Assembly (NCBI GenBank): GCA_965235115.1
Contig: OZ249440.1
Location: 32,242,001 to 32,306,000 of the forward strand
Direction of reading: 5' to 3'
Length of the DNA: 64,000 bases
Source of the DNA: Laetmonice hystrix
Taxonomy: Eukaryota
The notes below the pieces were generated by a model. The model ran no database searches, was not told the DNA's origin, and saw only the letters and a program-made list of their open reading frames with translations. Position 1 is the stretch's first letter. Each line of letters opens with the position of its first letter. A program made the position numbers and the translations under genes. Below are positions 45,726-59,550 of this stretch, piece after piece.

Positions 45726-47448
45726 AACTAGTTGCGAGGTGCCCAGGGCACAGGTATCCCATTCACCAGTCAATGGTGTTAAAATCGGAAATTAGGTCAA
45801 CTTGGCCGCCATCTTGGATTTTTCAAATTCTGTTCAAATGGGTCAAGTTTTCCATCCTAACCCCAATGGTGAAAACCAGACGTTGATATCTTTAACCGTT
45901 TTAGAGATATCACTGATTTTGGGTTGAAAATGACCTAAAAGGGCCAACTTTGAAGAGCCATAATTTGGAAACTATTGATTTTAGGGGAGCCATCTCGGTG
46001 TCAGAGACAGCTGACCCATTACCCAATCCAATGGTTTTAAAATCGGAAATTAGGTCAACTTGGCCGCCATCTTGGATTTTTCAAATTCAGTTTAAATGGG
46101 TCAAGTTTTCCATCCTAACCCCAATGGTGAAAACCAGACGTTGATATCTTTAACCGTTTTAGAGATATATATCACTGATTTTTGGTTAAAAATGACCTAA
46201 AAGGGCCAACTTTGAAGAGCCATAACTTGGAAACTATTGATTTTAGGGGAGCCATCTCGGTGTCAGAGACAGCTGACCTATTACCCAATCCAATGGTGTT
46301 AAAATCGGAAATTAGGTCAACTTGGCCGCCATCTTGGATTTTTCAAATTCAGGGAAAATGGCTCAAGGTTTTCATCCCAAACCCAATGGTCAAAACCAGA
46401 CATTGATATCTTTAACCGTTTTCGAGGTATCACTGATGTTTGGTTGAAAATAACCTAAAAGGGCCAACTTTGAGGGGCCATAAGATGGAAACTATCGAAT
46501 TTAGGGGAGCCATCTCGGTGTCAGAGATAGTGGACCTATTACCCAATCCAATGGTGCTGAAATTGGAAATTAGGTCAACTTGGCCGCCATCTTGGATTTT
46601 TCAAATTCGCTGAGGATGGGTCAAGTTTTTTATGCTAAACCCAAAGGTGAAACCCAGACATTGATATCTTTAACCGTTTTCGAGATATCACTGATCTTTG
46701 GTTGAAAATTACCTAAAAAGGGTCATTAAGCCAGATGGGGTCACGTGACAGCATTTAAATTGACGTAAATTGAAAACTCATATATGATTTTCCATATGAG
46801 TTTAATAGGAACCATGGACCCATCTGGCTCTGTTTCTAAGTTACAGCCATCTTAAAATACCAATGACGTCATAGGGCAACGTAGGGTCACGTGACCTAAC
46901 TAAAAATGGTGTCATTTGAAAGGCCATATATGACTTCCTATGGGTATCACTAGTACGTATGGGCCTATCTGGCTCTTTTTCCAAGTTACTGCCAGCTGAA
47001 AACACTGATGACGTCATACAGCCATATATGGTCACATGACCTAATTAAAAATGGTGTCATTTGAAAGGCCATATATGACTTCCTATCTGTCTACAATAGT
47101 AACTATGGGCCTATCTGGCTCTGTTTCCAAGTTATTGCTAATTGAAAATACCGATGATGTCATAGAGTCACGTAGGGTCACGTGACCTAATTAAAAATTG
47201 TGTCATTTTAAAGGCCATAATGACTTCCTATCTGTCTTCAATAGTAACTATGGGCCTATCTGGCTCTATTTCCAAGTTACTGCTAATTGAAAATACTGAT
47301 GACGTCATAGAGTCACGTAGGGTCACGTGACCTAATTAAAAATGGTGTAATTTTAAAGGCCATATATGACTCCTATCTGTCTTCAATAGTAACTATGGGC
47401 CTATCTGGCTCTATTGCCAAGTTACTGCTAGCTGAAAATACCGATGAC
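45726..47448 (-). mobile_element. Truncated second copy of the 1535..4198 element with the same 258-bp and 146-bp arrays
   Basis: aactagttgcgaggtgcccagggcacaggtatcccattcac end plus both satellite types; the other end is not seen. Confidence 0.8.
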
Positions 47449-47583
47449 AATAAGGTATGTATGTATGTGGGTAGGGGTGTGGGTGTGTGTGTGCGATGTG
47501 CTGGCTGTGGTAAAGGAGTTGGTGGTTGTTGGTGGAGCGTGGAAGTGTTATGTAACTCAGTTGTGGGATCTGCGGTGGTGGGG

Positions 47584-47821
47584 TATGGAAATACCGGCGA
47601 CGACATGCGAGATGCGAGAAGCGACATGGAACCGAACACTGTCAATTTAGCACATAGAATGTTTCTTATTGACACCGACATCACGATCCACTGCTCAATT
47701 AGTGCCTATTTAACAATAATTTTGGGGCTAAAGTGAAAACTAACACTAACCGTAGGACTAACCTTTACCCTAACCCAAACACACTGTCTCGCATCTCGCA
47801 TGTCGTCGCCGGTATTCCATA
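47584..47821. mobile_element. MITE with ~35-bp TIRs, probably TA-flanked
   Basis: tatggaaataccggcgacgacatgcgagatgcgaga / tctcgcatctcgcatgtcgtcgccggtattccata. Confidence 0.8.
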
Positions 47822-49523
47822 GGTGGGGGACGGGCGGCCGGCCCGTGTAGGGGTTTGGTGGGGAGTTACCACGGCTGAGAAGGACGCCTGACTGGGGATT
47901 GGCGGGAGTTGCTAGGGACAACGGCTGAGAACAGGCGCACAGGCCAGTGACTGGGAGCGGGCCCGCTGGCGAATTTTTTTCCCACGCTAGTTCTGGATAC
48001 TCATTAGCATACAGCCAATCAGAAACAAGTTGTTTACGCGCTGTGTAAGCCGCATAAGTCGGAAACTATTAACTGTAGAGAAAAACAATTAATGTAGCGG
48101 TTGTAGGGAAAGACCTGGAGATTCTTCTCCACCAAGTTTCATAAAGATACGGTCAGGGGTTTGGGATATATAAAAGGCTTCTCTAAGGTTGGCACGGTAC
48201 TGAGGTCAAAGGTCATGAAGTGCTAAAAATAGCAAAATCCCGAGAAAATATCCACAGTTGTCTTTTCCCCAAATTAGGACTTTCTAGCCCCGGTAGTTTT
48301 TGAGCTGACGTCAAGTAAGCGCCCAACCACTTCGAAAATGTTGAAGGTCACACAGAGGTCATCTGGGGTCACAGGAACGTGTCCTCCGGGAAATCTAAAT
48401 TTGGCACATAGATGACCCTGCTGACCAAATTTGATGTTATTCCAGCCAGTATTTTCCGAGTTATGGCTTTGGCAAAAAAATGGCACGTGCCATTTTTTTT
48501 AGATCAGCCGCCATCTTGAAAGTTCTGGGTCAACCAAACTGGTTTTCGAACTTGTCCAAGCCCCGGATGAAAGTAGGCCGACATACCAATTTTGGATCGA
48601 TTCAGGCTATTTTTCTCGCGTTATCGTGATCACAGCACAAGTTGGCACATTCGTGCCACAGAAGAGGTCAAAGGTCAAATGGCACTATAAGTAGAAACAA
48701 AGATTTTTCAGAAGGTTCTGTCGGGCCATTTCAAATTTGATAACTCCCTCTCTAACAGTGGCCGAGTTATTCCAAAAAGAAGAAAATAAAAGAAACAAAG
48801 AAAGAAAGAAAGAAAGAGAGAGAGCGGTCAGAAACAGCGTGCAAAACAAAACGTCTCCCCCAGCTGGGGGGAGACGTAATAATTAAAATTAATTAAAAAT
48901 GAGTAGGCTATAGCTATGTAGGCCTATAATTAGTGAAGCTAAAGGGGCCCCTGTACCCCCTCTGAATCCGCCTTTTCATCTCCCACCTGCCCAAACATAT
49001 ATTGTTTCGTGCCGGTAATAAGTCTAGTAACTTATAATCAGCCATCTGACGGCAGAATAACCACTGCATAGAGTACCAGTAGCCTATTAGCAGTAACCAT
49101 ACCTGTATTACCGATGGCATGTTTATAATGTTACTAGTGTGGAGTGTTACTTAGTAACTTTGCCATGCTCTTCAACTTCATCACTGAAAACTAGCTGAAT
49201 CGGCCTAAAAATAGTAAAATGTATGGATTGGCCTAGATAAGGGAGGTACGTGGCATTACATGATGAGTTAGAGACACAGGCCTGCAACTTGATGGGGTTA
49301 GGCAACTTAGTTAGGGAGTCAAAGGCCACATCAGTCTGATCAGACAGTGGTTCAGCGGCAGCGAGTAACAACAATGTTGCATTGTTGGCCTGGCACCATG
49401 GCATGGACCACCCCCAGCGAAGCAGTCGGCAAAGTGGCTAGCCAGATCCCTGCTTTTTACGAGCAGTGTATTCATCCTTTTCATCAGAGGGATGCCATTC
49501 TAAACCTAGGTCTGTCCTCCCAG

Positions 49524-49788
49524 GGGGCCTCGGGTGGCCGAGTGGTCTAAGGTGTTGGCTAATGACGCCTAGGAGTAGGACCATCGCCTCACACCGCTGC
49601 GATCCGGGTTCGATCCCCGGCCTGGGCTGCATGTGTGAAAGGTTTGTCAGTCAGTTCCTTCCCGATGGTCGGTGGTTTCCTCCGGGTACTCCGGTTTCCT
49701 CCACCAAGAAAAACTGACTTCCATCATCATCTTCACCGCCGTGATATGACCCTGGCTGTTGCAAGGCGTAAAACCCCAAATACCCACC
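49524..49788 (+). mobile_element. tRNA-derived SINE with V-domain-like core and 13-bp TSD
   Basis: A box gtggccgagtgg, B box ggttcgatcc, core ggtttcctccgggtactccggtttcctcc; tctgtcctcccag at 49511-49523 and 49789-49801. Confidence 0.88.
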
Positions 49789-52700
49789 TCTGTCCTCCCA
49801 GCAATTTCAGGTTGTGTACGACCCTGACACTGACAGAAATCGTAACCAAAAAATGTAAAACATGACCATGATAAGCATGAATCATCGACATCGCCACTCG
49901 CTAGCGTTCACTTACCTGGCAGCCAATGCAGCTCATCTTGAGTTGTCAAGCGGGCATCGCGCATCCTGCATTCTACCCCTTGAGCGCAGCCCATGCTAAC
50001 CGGGCGGAAGTTGACCCTGAGGTCAACCTTTAATAGGACCTGTCATCGGCGCTCCACCTGCACAAGCGGTCCACACCGAAGGCTTACTTCTCGCAAAAAT
50101 GCCTGATAGCCTTGCCCAGGTGGCTGATAAACAAATGTGTCGCTCCCTAACAATACAGTTAGTTATAGTGTGTGTTCTTGCAGCCCTGTCAACTCAAAGT
50201 TGTTCCTCTCACTGTCACTATAGTGTCGGGATTAAATGCCTACCCATGGCCGTATTTGGGGGGGGGGGGGGCTGAGGGGGCTGCAGCCCCCCCCACCAAA
50301 ATCAAGTCAATTTTTTGTTCCTCTTGTATCAGTGAATGTTTGTATGACGAGGAGAATCCAAAATATACGCTGGTACATAACAGTCTAGACGGAGTATCGT
50401 CCCCAGTGTAGGGACGGACAGCGGTAACCCGAAAAACCCTACCTCCGATGTCAATCACTCGCTGTGCAAAATCCATCGTAACTACTGCCAGTTGAGGTGT
50501 CAATTCTAACGCAGCCCATCTTCTGTTCCTCTGCTGCACACTTTTCCGAGGATTTTTGCCCAAAGTTTTAATAAATCAGACTTCCGAAATTGCGAATCGC
50601 GCTGTTTCACTGCCGTTAGCCGCCATACTGTTTGTTCTACTGCGCATGTTCAAAACACGCACACTGGCGACCAGCAGGGGAGCATTTATTATTCTACTAT
50701 TTCTAGACCAAACAGCAATTCCTCCATTATGGCGCCAAACTAGTAGCCAACGTTTGAAATGACTGCTCCCTTCGTGAGCTTGACCCCGGATGTGGATTTA
50801 CAGAAATGGCGCCGGTTGTAAGACTATGGAAAGTGGTCGCTTGGTTTTGAAAATTGGCCGAATCTGTTGCTTAGAGGAACACCAAGTAAGTTCATTGGGC
50901 TCAGTAGCTGAAGGTAAAGGCAATCGTTTATTTGAAGTGATGGAAGAGGTGATGGCCCACATTCATTTTGCGGGTTGAACGTTTGGTCTCGTAGCCCGTT
51001 CGCTAGAGGATAGGCCGTGTATACACACGGCCTATGTTAGAGGCTAATAACAGTCCAGCTTTAACCCAGCAGGTCTAGGCCTAAAAGTGTAAGCTAATCA
51101 TGGGAAGCACCATGCCTCTCTTCAAATGCCTAATAGGGGGGCCCGGGGGGGCCTAAACCCCGCTAGGTGAGTTCACCAGGCATTGACAAATCAGTCATTT
51201 TCTGTCCCAGGTGCCGGGAAATCGCATCTCCGGGCTTCCTAATTTCAAAATTTTCTGGGGGAGTACCCCCCGACCCCCCGACCCCCCGACCCCCCGACCC
51301 CCCTCCTTTTCGTTTACTCGCGCCTGCGGCGCTTGATGATGCGCGCCTAAGCCTAAGGCGCTTGTCAGCCCCCCCTGAAACAATCCTGGCTACGGCCCTG
51401 CTATCTGTTGCTGCTATCGTTGGCTTCGCTTCGACAACGCTTCGCTTCGACAACAACAACTTTACCGTGGGAACGTTCCCATTGGCTAACCAGAAATGCA
51501 CGCTAATTTTTATGAATCGCGCCTCAGGCAGTGTGTAATCTCATGGCGCAGCCGCAGACGGCAGAACAGGTGGCGCTGCGAGGAACGCGTTTCTAAGAAT
51601 AGACGGGCAGGTGGGAGGGGGATGAATGAACTGCTATACTGCAGCGGTTCAACCCCGAGAGGGGGAGGATGATGCAGCTATGATTTCCTCCCACTCCCTC
51701 TTCACGGCATCCGCACCTCTGCCACAGCCACTCACATCTCCATACAAGATATGCTTTCGCGGTCATATACTTGCTGCAAGAGGACGATTTGATTTTCTTC
51801 CGTCCAATTCTCGCTACGCTCTCTTTTGTTTTGGGCGGCCATAGGCTAGTTACCGAACGTCTTCCGGAAGTACTTACCTTGCCACTTTCCTTTCCTCCTT
51901 ACAGGAGAGCACCATATTTTTTCCGTTTCCGCGGTTCGCGATTAACGTTTTGACGTTAAGACGTCGAGCTTAGCTGAGCAAGGCCTAAGCAAGGTTTTAA
52001 AAACCGGATTTAAGCAAATGCTCAGGTAAGCAAAGGGCAGCCATATTTAAGCTTAAGTTTAAGCAAATGTTTTAAAAACCGGGCCCTGGACCTACTACTT
52101 GCTTCAACTACTGAACTCTGAATCATTCAGAGGATTCTGATTAAATAATGCACGCATATCGTCAAAGGCATTAGAGAGTTTTCGCAGCCATACGGTTAGT
52201 GGGACGACGACTGATAGGTCATCTGTTCATGTGGTCTTTTGACGTTTTACACATGCCACTGTCTCCTAATCGTTCCTGAACTAAACGTTTTCACGAGCTA
52301 AGGCCAGACGTCTTTAATAAGTTGTCTCCAGGCTTGAACGAGACATGAACGAATAGGTTATGTAAGACATTCGGTTGCTCTTGAGAGGACAGGTACAGAG
52401 CACAAAATCTAAACGTAAAAGGCGAAAACCAATCGGTTAGTGGGCGAAAAAAACGTGAGTAAAATACGTTTAGCAAAACCCGATTCTTCTGTTGCAAATA
52501 GGCCTTGAAACACAGAAATGTTGTACCGGGAAGTAGTTGACAGTTATGTCTGCTCTGTCAGGGCAACTCTACATTCTCATGTTGTTATGTCATCAATTTG
52601 CTTTTGAAATGAAGGCCCTTCATGTCCCTGACAGCCTTCGACTCCACAGACCATGACTGGCATGAGTACATGGCTGTATACAATACAGGTACATTGACGG

Positions 52701-53152
52701 CCAAGCCATGCAGATCGTTTCACCTCTCTCATTACAAGAATGCTCCAACTGCATGTGAAAAGAATTCGGCCCCCTGCCATAGGCAGATCCAGAGGGGGGG
52801 GGGGGTTCGGGGGCTCAAGCTCCCCTAAATTTCAGACTCTATATGTGTTTTATATGATTCCATGCATATATTAATATTGGAATAAAGAGCTTGCCTCAAT
52901 GAAAGAATTATGAATGATATCTTTAGTTGTAGGTCTATTTTTTTAATAAATATAAATAAAGCAAAGCAGTTTAATCTAATTTGCCCGATGGTTAGCCCCT
53001 TAGCGCCCACCTAAAAATTTCTGGATCCGCCTATGCTCTGCTCAATAACACCGGGGGGGGGGGGGGGGGGCTCCAAGGAAAAGAACTTCCCGAAACACTT
53101 AACCCTATGCAAGTTAAATGATGTCCAAATTGCAACTCTTTATGGCCAGAGA

Positions 53153-54297
53153 ATGGAGGGTGACAAAACGAAGACTACCCGGTTCTTCCCAGGATTGGAC
53201 ATTGCACTTCTGCGTGAAGTTGTCTCTCTTCAGCCTTCTCTCAATCGAATTGACTGGGACAAAGTTTGCCGTAATGTAAACGAAGCCAGGAGCTTTCGTG
53301 ACAATGAGATCCTGCAAGGATCGTCTCCGGACGCTCCAGGAAGCCCACAGGAGGGATGAACTCGCGGCACTCCGGGCGTGAGTATATTCTGCTATGTGGT
53401 TTGAAATTTCAAACGTTTGCCACTCCCAACTTTGCAGGCAGGAGTTGCAATATAGTTTCTGCGATTGACAGGGAAAGGCCAGTGCAAAAGGGAGAAGGTA
53501 AACCCCGATCACAGTTGAACAATCCTGCATTCTTGAAATAATGAACATTTTTGTTCTTATTGAAGCAAATCCCAGTTCTCAAATTGCCTCTGAGATGTGG
53601 CAGTGGAGGCAAACAATTTTTATGGCCCATTCATACAATTTGATACTTTGGTCCTCTGTTTCACATTTCTCTCAGATCGTAGAGCAGCTCTTGCTTATAG
53701 TCAGTGTTCGTTTATCAGATCCGGAACAGACGAGGAGTGTGACGAAAGGAAACAGCTCCTCACTGAACTTGAAGAGCTGGACGAAGAAAGGAAACGTGAC
53801 ATTATGAAGAAAGACCAGCAAAAAGGGGTCAACATCCAGGAAGCTCGGGGCAAGGAGATCAGGCAGGCAGCAATGGAGTCCTTGAAGCGACAAAAGACTC
53901 CACTGCTGCCTGCCTGCGTTGATGCCAAAGGCAGCAACAACAGTGGCGATGAGCACTTAGGTAAGCATTTAAAATAGCAGGGTGGGCTGTTAGTATTAGT
54001 GTAGATAAAGGAAAATACTCCTGTAGGCCTACCTATCTGATTGAAGTTTACATTCACGTGAAAGGTTGTAACGTATGGACATTCCATCTAAAAAGAAAAT
54101 GCTCATCTATTTTCAGCCCCCCCCCCCCTCCTAAGAGACGTCGATCGGATCATGCATCTGAGTACGTCAAGTACCTACAGGACAAAGTCGCACTGGAAAA
54201 AGAAAAGTTCGAGTTGGAAAAGCGGGAACGTGAAGAAAGACTGCAGAGAGAGAAGCAAATGTTTGAAATAATGATGGCCGCACTGAAAAAGCCTTAG
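53153..54297 (+). pseudogene. Harbinger-associated Myb/SANT-like DNA-binding protein, about 3 exons, frameshifted
   Basis: RFFPGLDIALLREVV...WDKVCRNVN; exon SGTDEECDERKQLLTEL...IRQAAMESL ending at gtaagc (~53960); coiled-coil last exon. Confidence 0.65.
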
Positions 54298-55023
54298 ATT
54301 TTCTCGGCAATTCAGTTAACATCTCTTATTTTTGCAAGGTCAGAATTGGTGCTTTTCCAAAAACAGTTCATTTTCTTTTGATTTGTTGCTTTCTATTACG
54401 AAATCTGGAAACCGCTGGATTTAGAAAAGAAAGAATCATGTCAAGAGAATCATCTGCAGTACATTAGTAACGCAGAATGAATCATTTCTTCTGTAAGTCT
54501 AAAATGGCGAAATGTTTTTTTTCTTTTTGTCTGTCGGCACATCTATAAAAAAAATTCATGAAAAAAAGTTTCAAACCATACAAGTAATTTGACATGCACT
54601 GTAACGCTGTAGCACTCTTTTTTTTAAGAGGAAAGCAATCAGTTCTGCCTGAAAACCATCTTTGGGCGAACATATTTCCAGGATCGGAGTTGAGATTTCG
54701 CAGAGACTGGTGATGACATGGAGTAATTCATTCAGATTCCGTAGTTGGCAGACCATCTTCAGATGGGTATTTTGACTGTGTTCCCTCTGAATTGAGGGGT
54801 GTTGTGTTTTTACACCTTTGTTTTCAAGTGTTATGTGGATTTAAAGGGATGAATAGAGTCTATGGATTCCATGTCGTGTCTTTTATCTTCCTTTTATTTT
54901 ATCGTCTTTGTTACATGTGACAAGAAACTAGTAATAAATCAATTTCTTAAGAAATCAATTTCGTTGAAATAATTCATGTCAGTTATTTATATAGTCTCCC
55001 TCAAGTGCAGCTTAGTCACAAGC

Positions 55024-55766
55024 TTAGGCAAGATAAACATCCAAGGATGGGGGATTTAGCTCGAAGTACATGCTTGTCTGATTTCCATATAAACACGTAT
55101 GACAATTAGTGAGAAGCCCTCCGACAAGGTAATACTTTGCCACTGGAGACAGAAGGACTTTGAGGTTCTTTCGAAAGTCCAAAAATGCGAACAGCCGCAC
55201 CATCGTTCCAAATTCCCATTCTACGCATTCTCGGAAAGACGACATCCTTGAGTTGAAGTCCCCTTCTTCTTGCGTAAGGTTGGCGCCTCGGAAAGGACTG
55301 AGGAGATGCTGTCGAATAGGATAAGCTGGGTCACCATAAATAGAGTATGGAATATTGTTCCTATCAGTGAGATGTCTGGCTTCCAGCTCTTCCAACAATT
55401 CGCTCATACGAAGGAGAGCGCAATCGTGCCTCCTTCCCTCTACTGGGCCGTACTGTACGACTAAGTTCATTTGCTTATATTCGGCAATGACATGCCCATC
55501 TCAGCACATGTAACGTTAGCTCAGCGCAGACGACCATGCAGGCGGTCTCCATGAGCAGTCACTGTTCAGACAGTCTAAAAACTCGATCTTGTCAACCGAA
55601 ACTTGTCCAAGCATTGAGCGTCTGTTAATACATCCAGGTTGAACCTTGGCCAGTTGGGATCATAGGTTACACCCCGCGGTATCGATAGGTCTTGCAAAAT
55701 AATATATATTAGTTCTTCGTCATCGTTCTCAAAAGCAAGGTCCAAAAGCTCTCGATCTGCTGCCAT
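55024..55766 (-). pseudogene. HARBI1-like DDE transposase with internal deletion
   Basis: GPVEGRRHD, YGDPAYP, FNSRMSSFRECVEWEFG; N-terminal piece RFNLDVLTDAQCLDKFRL; the region with the first catalytic Asp is absent. Confidence 0.88.
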
Positions 55767-57445
55767 TTTTGTTGATTCGTGCAAGTCGCAGTGCATGCTT
55801 GTAGGCTAAAATTCCCGAAATTGAAAGTAAAAATAACGTTCTTATTTTTAATTTTTCCACCCATCGTACTTGAAACGTAGGCCTAAGTTGGACAAAAAAC
55901 ATAGGCCACAACATGCAACTGCTGTGGTAAATTTATTTCATGAATAAGAGTTTTTATCCGCCTCTCCTTCCGACAAACCAAGAAATCTGAGACCAATGGA
56001 TGCTTATTTTGTCATTTTTCCACCCTCTGAAGTTCTTATTTGAAAGAAGGATCCTGTACACTCATAAAACAGTCTGGCCTTACATAAGAAATAAATTCCA
56101 TTCTTAGTCAGAACTGTACAAAGGCGGATCCAAAGGGGGGTACAAGGGGCACGTGCCCCCCTTTAGCTTCCCTAATTATATAGGCCTAATCATTTTTAAA
56201 TAATTTTTTTCATATTTAGAACACTGGTACATCTTGAGTGATGGAGCAATTGGTTGTAACTTATGACACAGAAGTCCTACATATAGCTTTAGTAACGCAA
56301 ACAATCATGATTTCTCCCCCTGTGCCCCCCCCCCCCCTTGTGAAATCCTGGATCTGCCAGTGCTGTATGTGTATCCACAGACACGTTTTCTTGGTCAGGT
56401 CTCGACCGCCTGGCTATTCTGAGCCTGATCACAGTGACCTCGTTAGCCTGTTATTTTAGGCTGGGCCTATCCGTAAACGTCAACTAAACGTCAACTGCGA
56501 AAGCAGTTTTTACTAAGCAGATGACAAATAGGGATAACGGATAGCTAAACGTCGGCGTCTCACTAACCGTTTGGCTGCGAAAACTCTCTATTTTCGGTAT
56601 CGTCCCACTCTTGCCTCTGCTTTTGTGCAACCATCGCCAGCTTGTTGTGATCTGCCTTTTTCTCTGAAATTATATTTATATAACTACAGTAAAACCTCAC
56701 TATTAGGACACCTTTGGGACTGGGCCCAGGTGTCTGCAGTGACGGGGTGTCCGGATTAGAGAGGGACCAACGAGAAGACTGAACAAAATAAAATTTTAAA
56801 TGTAGGGTTGGATGCTCCATGTTACAGGTGCGGATCCAGGGTTTCATGAAAGGGCCGGGGGGGGGGGGGCGACAGGCCCGTCACCTGGGTGGGGCCCAAG
56901 GAGGCTGGGCCCCAGTTAAACATATTAGCGCCGACCATAAAGCAACAGGCCTAGGCTTTACATTAGGCCTACGCTTAACATTAGCACTCGATGGGGCCCC
57001 AACAGGGCCCCAGTTACAATTTCCTCCTAGCGACGGAAATAGGGGGGCGTAGAAATGTATAGAAAAATCACTGGGACTGACCCTACTTGTCCATAATGGC
57101 GAGGTGTCCAGATTAGAGAGGTGTCTGCAAGTACAGGTGTTAATTTTACAATTAAACTTCCATAGTAAAAAATGTTTAGGACCACAGGCATCGCTTATAG
57201 TTATACTCACTTAGTAGTTTTGTTTTCATCTCCAACCGACGTTCCTCAACTGTCTCCTCATCCTCTGAAGACAACACAGAGTCAACTGCTCCTGGAGCTC
57301 CTGCAAGGAACGATATGAATAAGACTTTCACCTTCACATGTTAAGACTATTATCTCAGTAACGTACAGCAAAATCTTTCATGTATGAAATGATGTATTCA
57401 TGAATAATGCAATTTAGTGATAGATTGTTTAATTTAAATAATTTT

Positions 57446-57631
57446 TTAAAAAGAAACCTTACCTTCAGCCCTATCCACGCCCCCATAAATCTCTGCTAGC
57501 TTTAAGAGCTCTAGGTCCATTTTGCTTACATCCGGCTGGTCAAAGTCCCCTCCTCCCGTCTTTTGCATCGCCTTCTGCATCCTTGTGACCCCCCGCCTGA
57601 CATTACTCGTGTGAGATCGCCTTTCTATCAC
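57446..57631 (-). pseudogene. Fragment of a Harbinger-type Myb/SANT partner gene
   Basis: MQKTGGG motif typical of the end of these domains, followed by a donor AAG|GTAAG. Confidence 0.4.
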
Positions 57632-59550
57632 GGACTACCCGGCTCACTGCGTTTACCTTCCCTGGGATCAAGAATATAGATACAGATAGAATACATAAAA
57701 CCAAATTATTTCAATTATTATTTTGGTCCTTATTTGACAGTTAATAATTAACAAAGTGTAAAAAGAGCAGAGCAACCTGAAAAGAAAAAGAGACAATCTA
57801 GAAGGCAGGAAAAACTCGAAAGTGAATAAGATGCCCTACAAAATTTGATTGACTTTGTTACTTACTGACTATATTTTTCCATGTGTCATCTTTCAGCTGT
57901 GCCCCCCCCCCCCTTCTCCTTTATACCGTCCCTTGATGATATTTTTGTGGAGAATGGCCTCTTGAAACAAGACCAAGCTTTCTTCTAGACCACAGTCGCG
58001 GGCGTGGTTTTTCATTGTCTACAGAAATTAAAAGTTATCACGTTAGTCCTGAATGACCCTTAAGAACGATACAACTACAGTGTAAGAGGTGACAGGATTT
58101 ATTATTGAAATGCCTGTTTTTCACCAGAGGCATCGAGAGCTAGGGCAGGCCCGAGGGCAGAACAATTCATTGGCCTCCTACCGGGGTACACGCGTTTCGG
58201 CCGCAGCCGTTTTTCGGCCGCCCGTGCACCACTCAGAGAGAGACTTATTATATTCCCAAATAAGGCTCTCTCTAGCTGGGACTTGGCACTCACAGTAGCG
58301 CTGGTTTTGTACACACACAATAGCGCCCATATAGGCCTCATTAAAAATATATATTGGGGGCAGTTCACACCCCAGTTATTTTGGGACCTCACAATAGCCC
58401 CTATAGATAAAAATATCTGCAGGACCCCCCTGCTCGCGGCCAACATAGATTTTTTTTACTCCAGATGCACCTTAGCCTATCAGATTTTGAAATTTTCCCT
58501 AGGCTCCCGCCCCTCCCCTCTCTGGCAGCTTGAACCTATTGTGTTTCCATCATGCTTGAGGTGCCCTGGACGGGCGTCACCCATACCCGGACCCCCTCCA
58601 AAATTTCCTACATCCGTGCCTGTTGCATGACCCCCCACCCCCCACCCCCTCTCGATGCCACCGTTTGTTATATATAAATTATGACGACTACTTTGGACTA
58701 GGAATTTGTTTTAGATATATTTCTCTATCACTAAGCATCAGATTTCTTCTTTTATAGTAAACTGCCGTACTCATATAAGAAATTGATCACTGTGAGCATA
58801 CGACCATGTGACGATGAGTGAGCGATAATAGAACACTATAGGCCACGATAGCGCGGCTGAACGCTGACAGCCTATTTTCAACTCTATGGGGACCTCAACA
58901 CATAAACATGATGATCAGCCTTCACCTCCCATTAGTTTTGCATGCTACTTTGGCTGTCACTCGATATTTCTCATTTGAAAAATAACTCATAAGGGCCCTA
59001 CCTTGTCCACCATGTTTGACGTTGAAGCCATTTAGAACGGATACCTCTAGGTGTCTCCACCAGTTTTCTGGCTGCCCTTGAGAAATATGCTCCGCAACAA
59101 TATAAATGCACAGGGGCGGATCCAACTTTTTCCGTTAGGGGTGGTTCAAGGTGTTTAGGGGTAACACAGACGTGACTGTCCAAGCGCCGAAGGCGCAAAG
59201 TCTGCAAGCGCCGAAGGCGCGAAGCCTTCCTAGGGCAGGGGTGTAGCCAGGATTTTCTGAGGGGGGGGGGGGGGGCTGAGATCCGTGACGAGCTAAAACC
59301 GCGCACATGTGCCCGTCACCAGAAAATCACTAATTTAGTCCTATAAAATCCTATAAAATAAGATAGCATAAACAGTTTTCATTATATATTTTTTTACAAA
59401 CTGACATATGAAATGGGCTGCAGCTGGTTCTCTAACTGTAAACAGCGACATGCAATAAACAGTGACATGCAATATCGTTATTTCACACACATGCATGTGT
59501 TTATAACTTTGCTTCGCATAGCCATATGTTCGCAATATGTTCATTGTCTC

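Larger units (their letters stand above)
45573..48879 (-). mobile_element. Second Helentron-type (HINE-like) family element, host to nested insertions
   Basis: aactag...tgttcagtccgaaca palindrome + subTIR acgtctcccc near 45600; terminal hairpin acgtctcccccagctggggggagacgt + aa at 48851-48879; (AAAG)n near 48795. Confidence 0.65.
52173..56589. mobile_element. PIF/Harbinger-related element (ANT-target, Pangu-like), internally deleted
   Basis: TIRs agagagttttcgcagcca..cggttagtg / cactaaccg..tggctgcgaaaactctct; ATT on both flanks; convergent transposase and Myb/SANT-like genes. Confidence 0.85.

Noticed and set aside
47735..47780. ctaacc/ccctaaccc runs as telomeric sequence
   Set aside because: Short, degenerate and internal to a MITE.
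49524..49630. tRNA gene
   Set aside because: A and B boxes are present, but it continues into a SINE body and is flanked by a 13-bp TSD.
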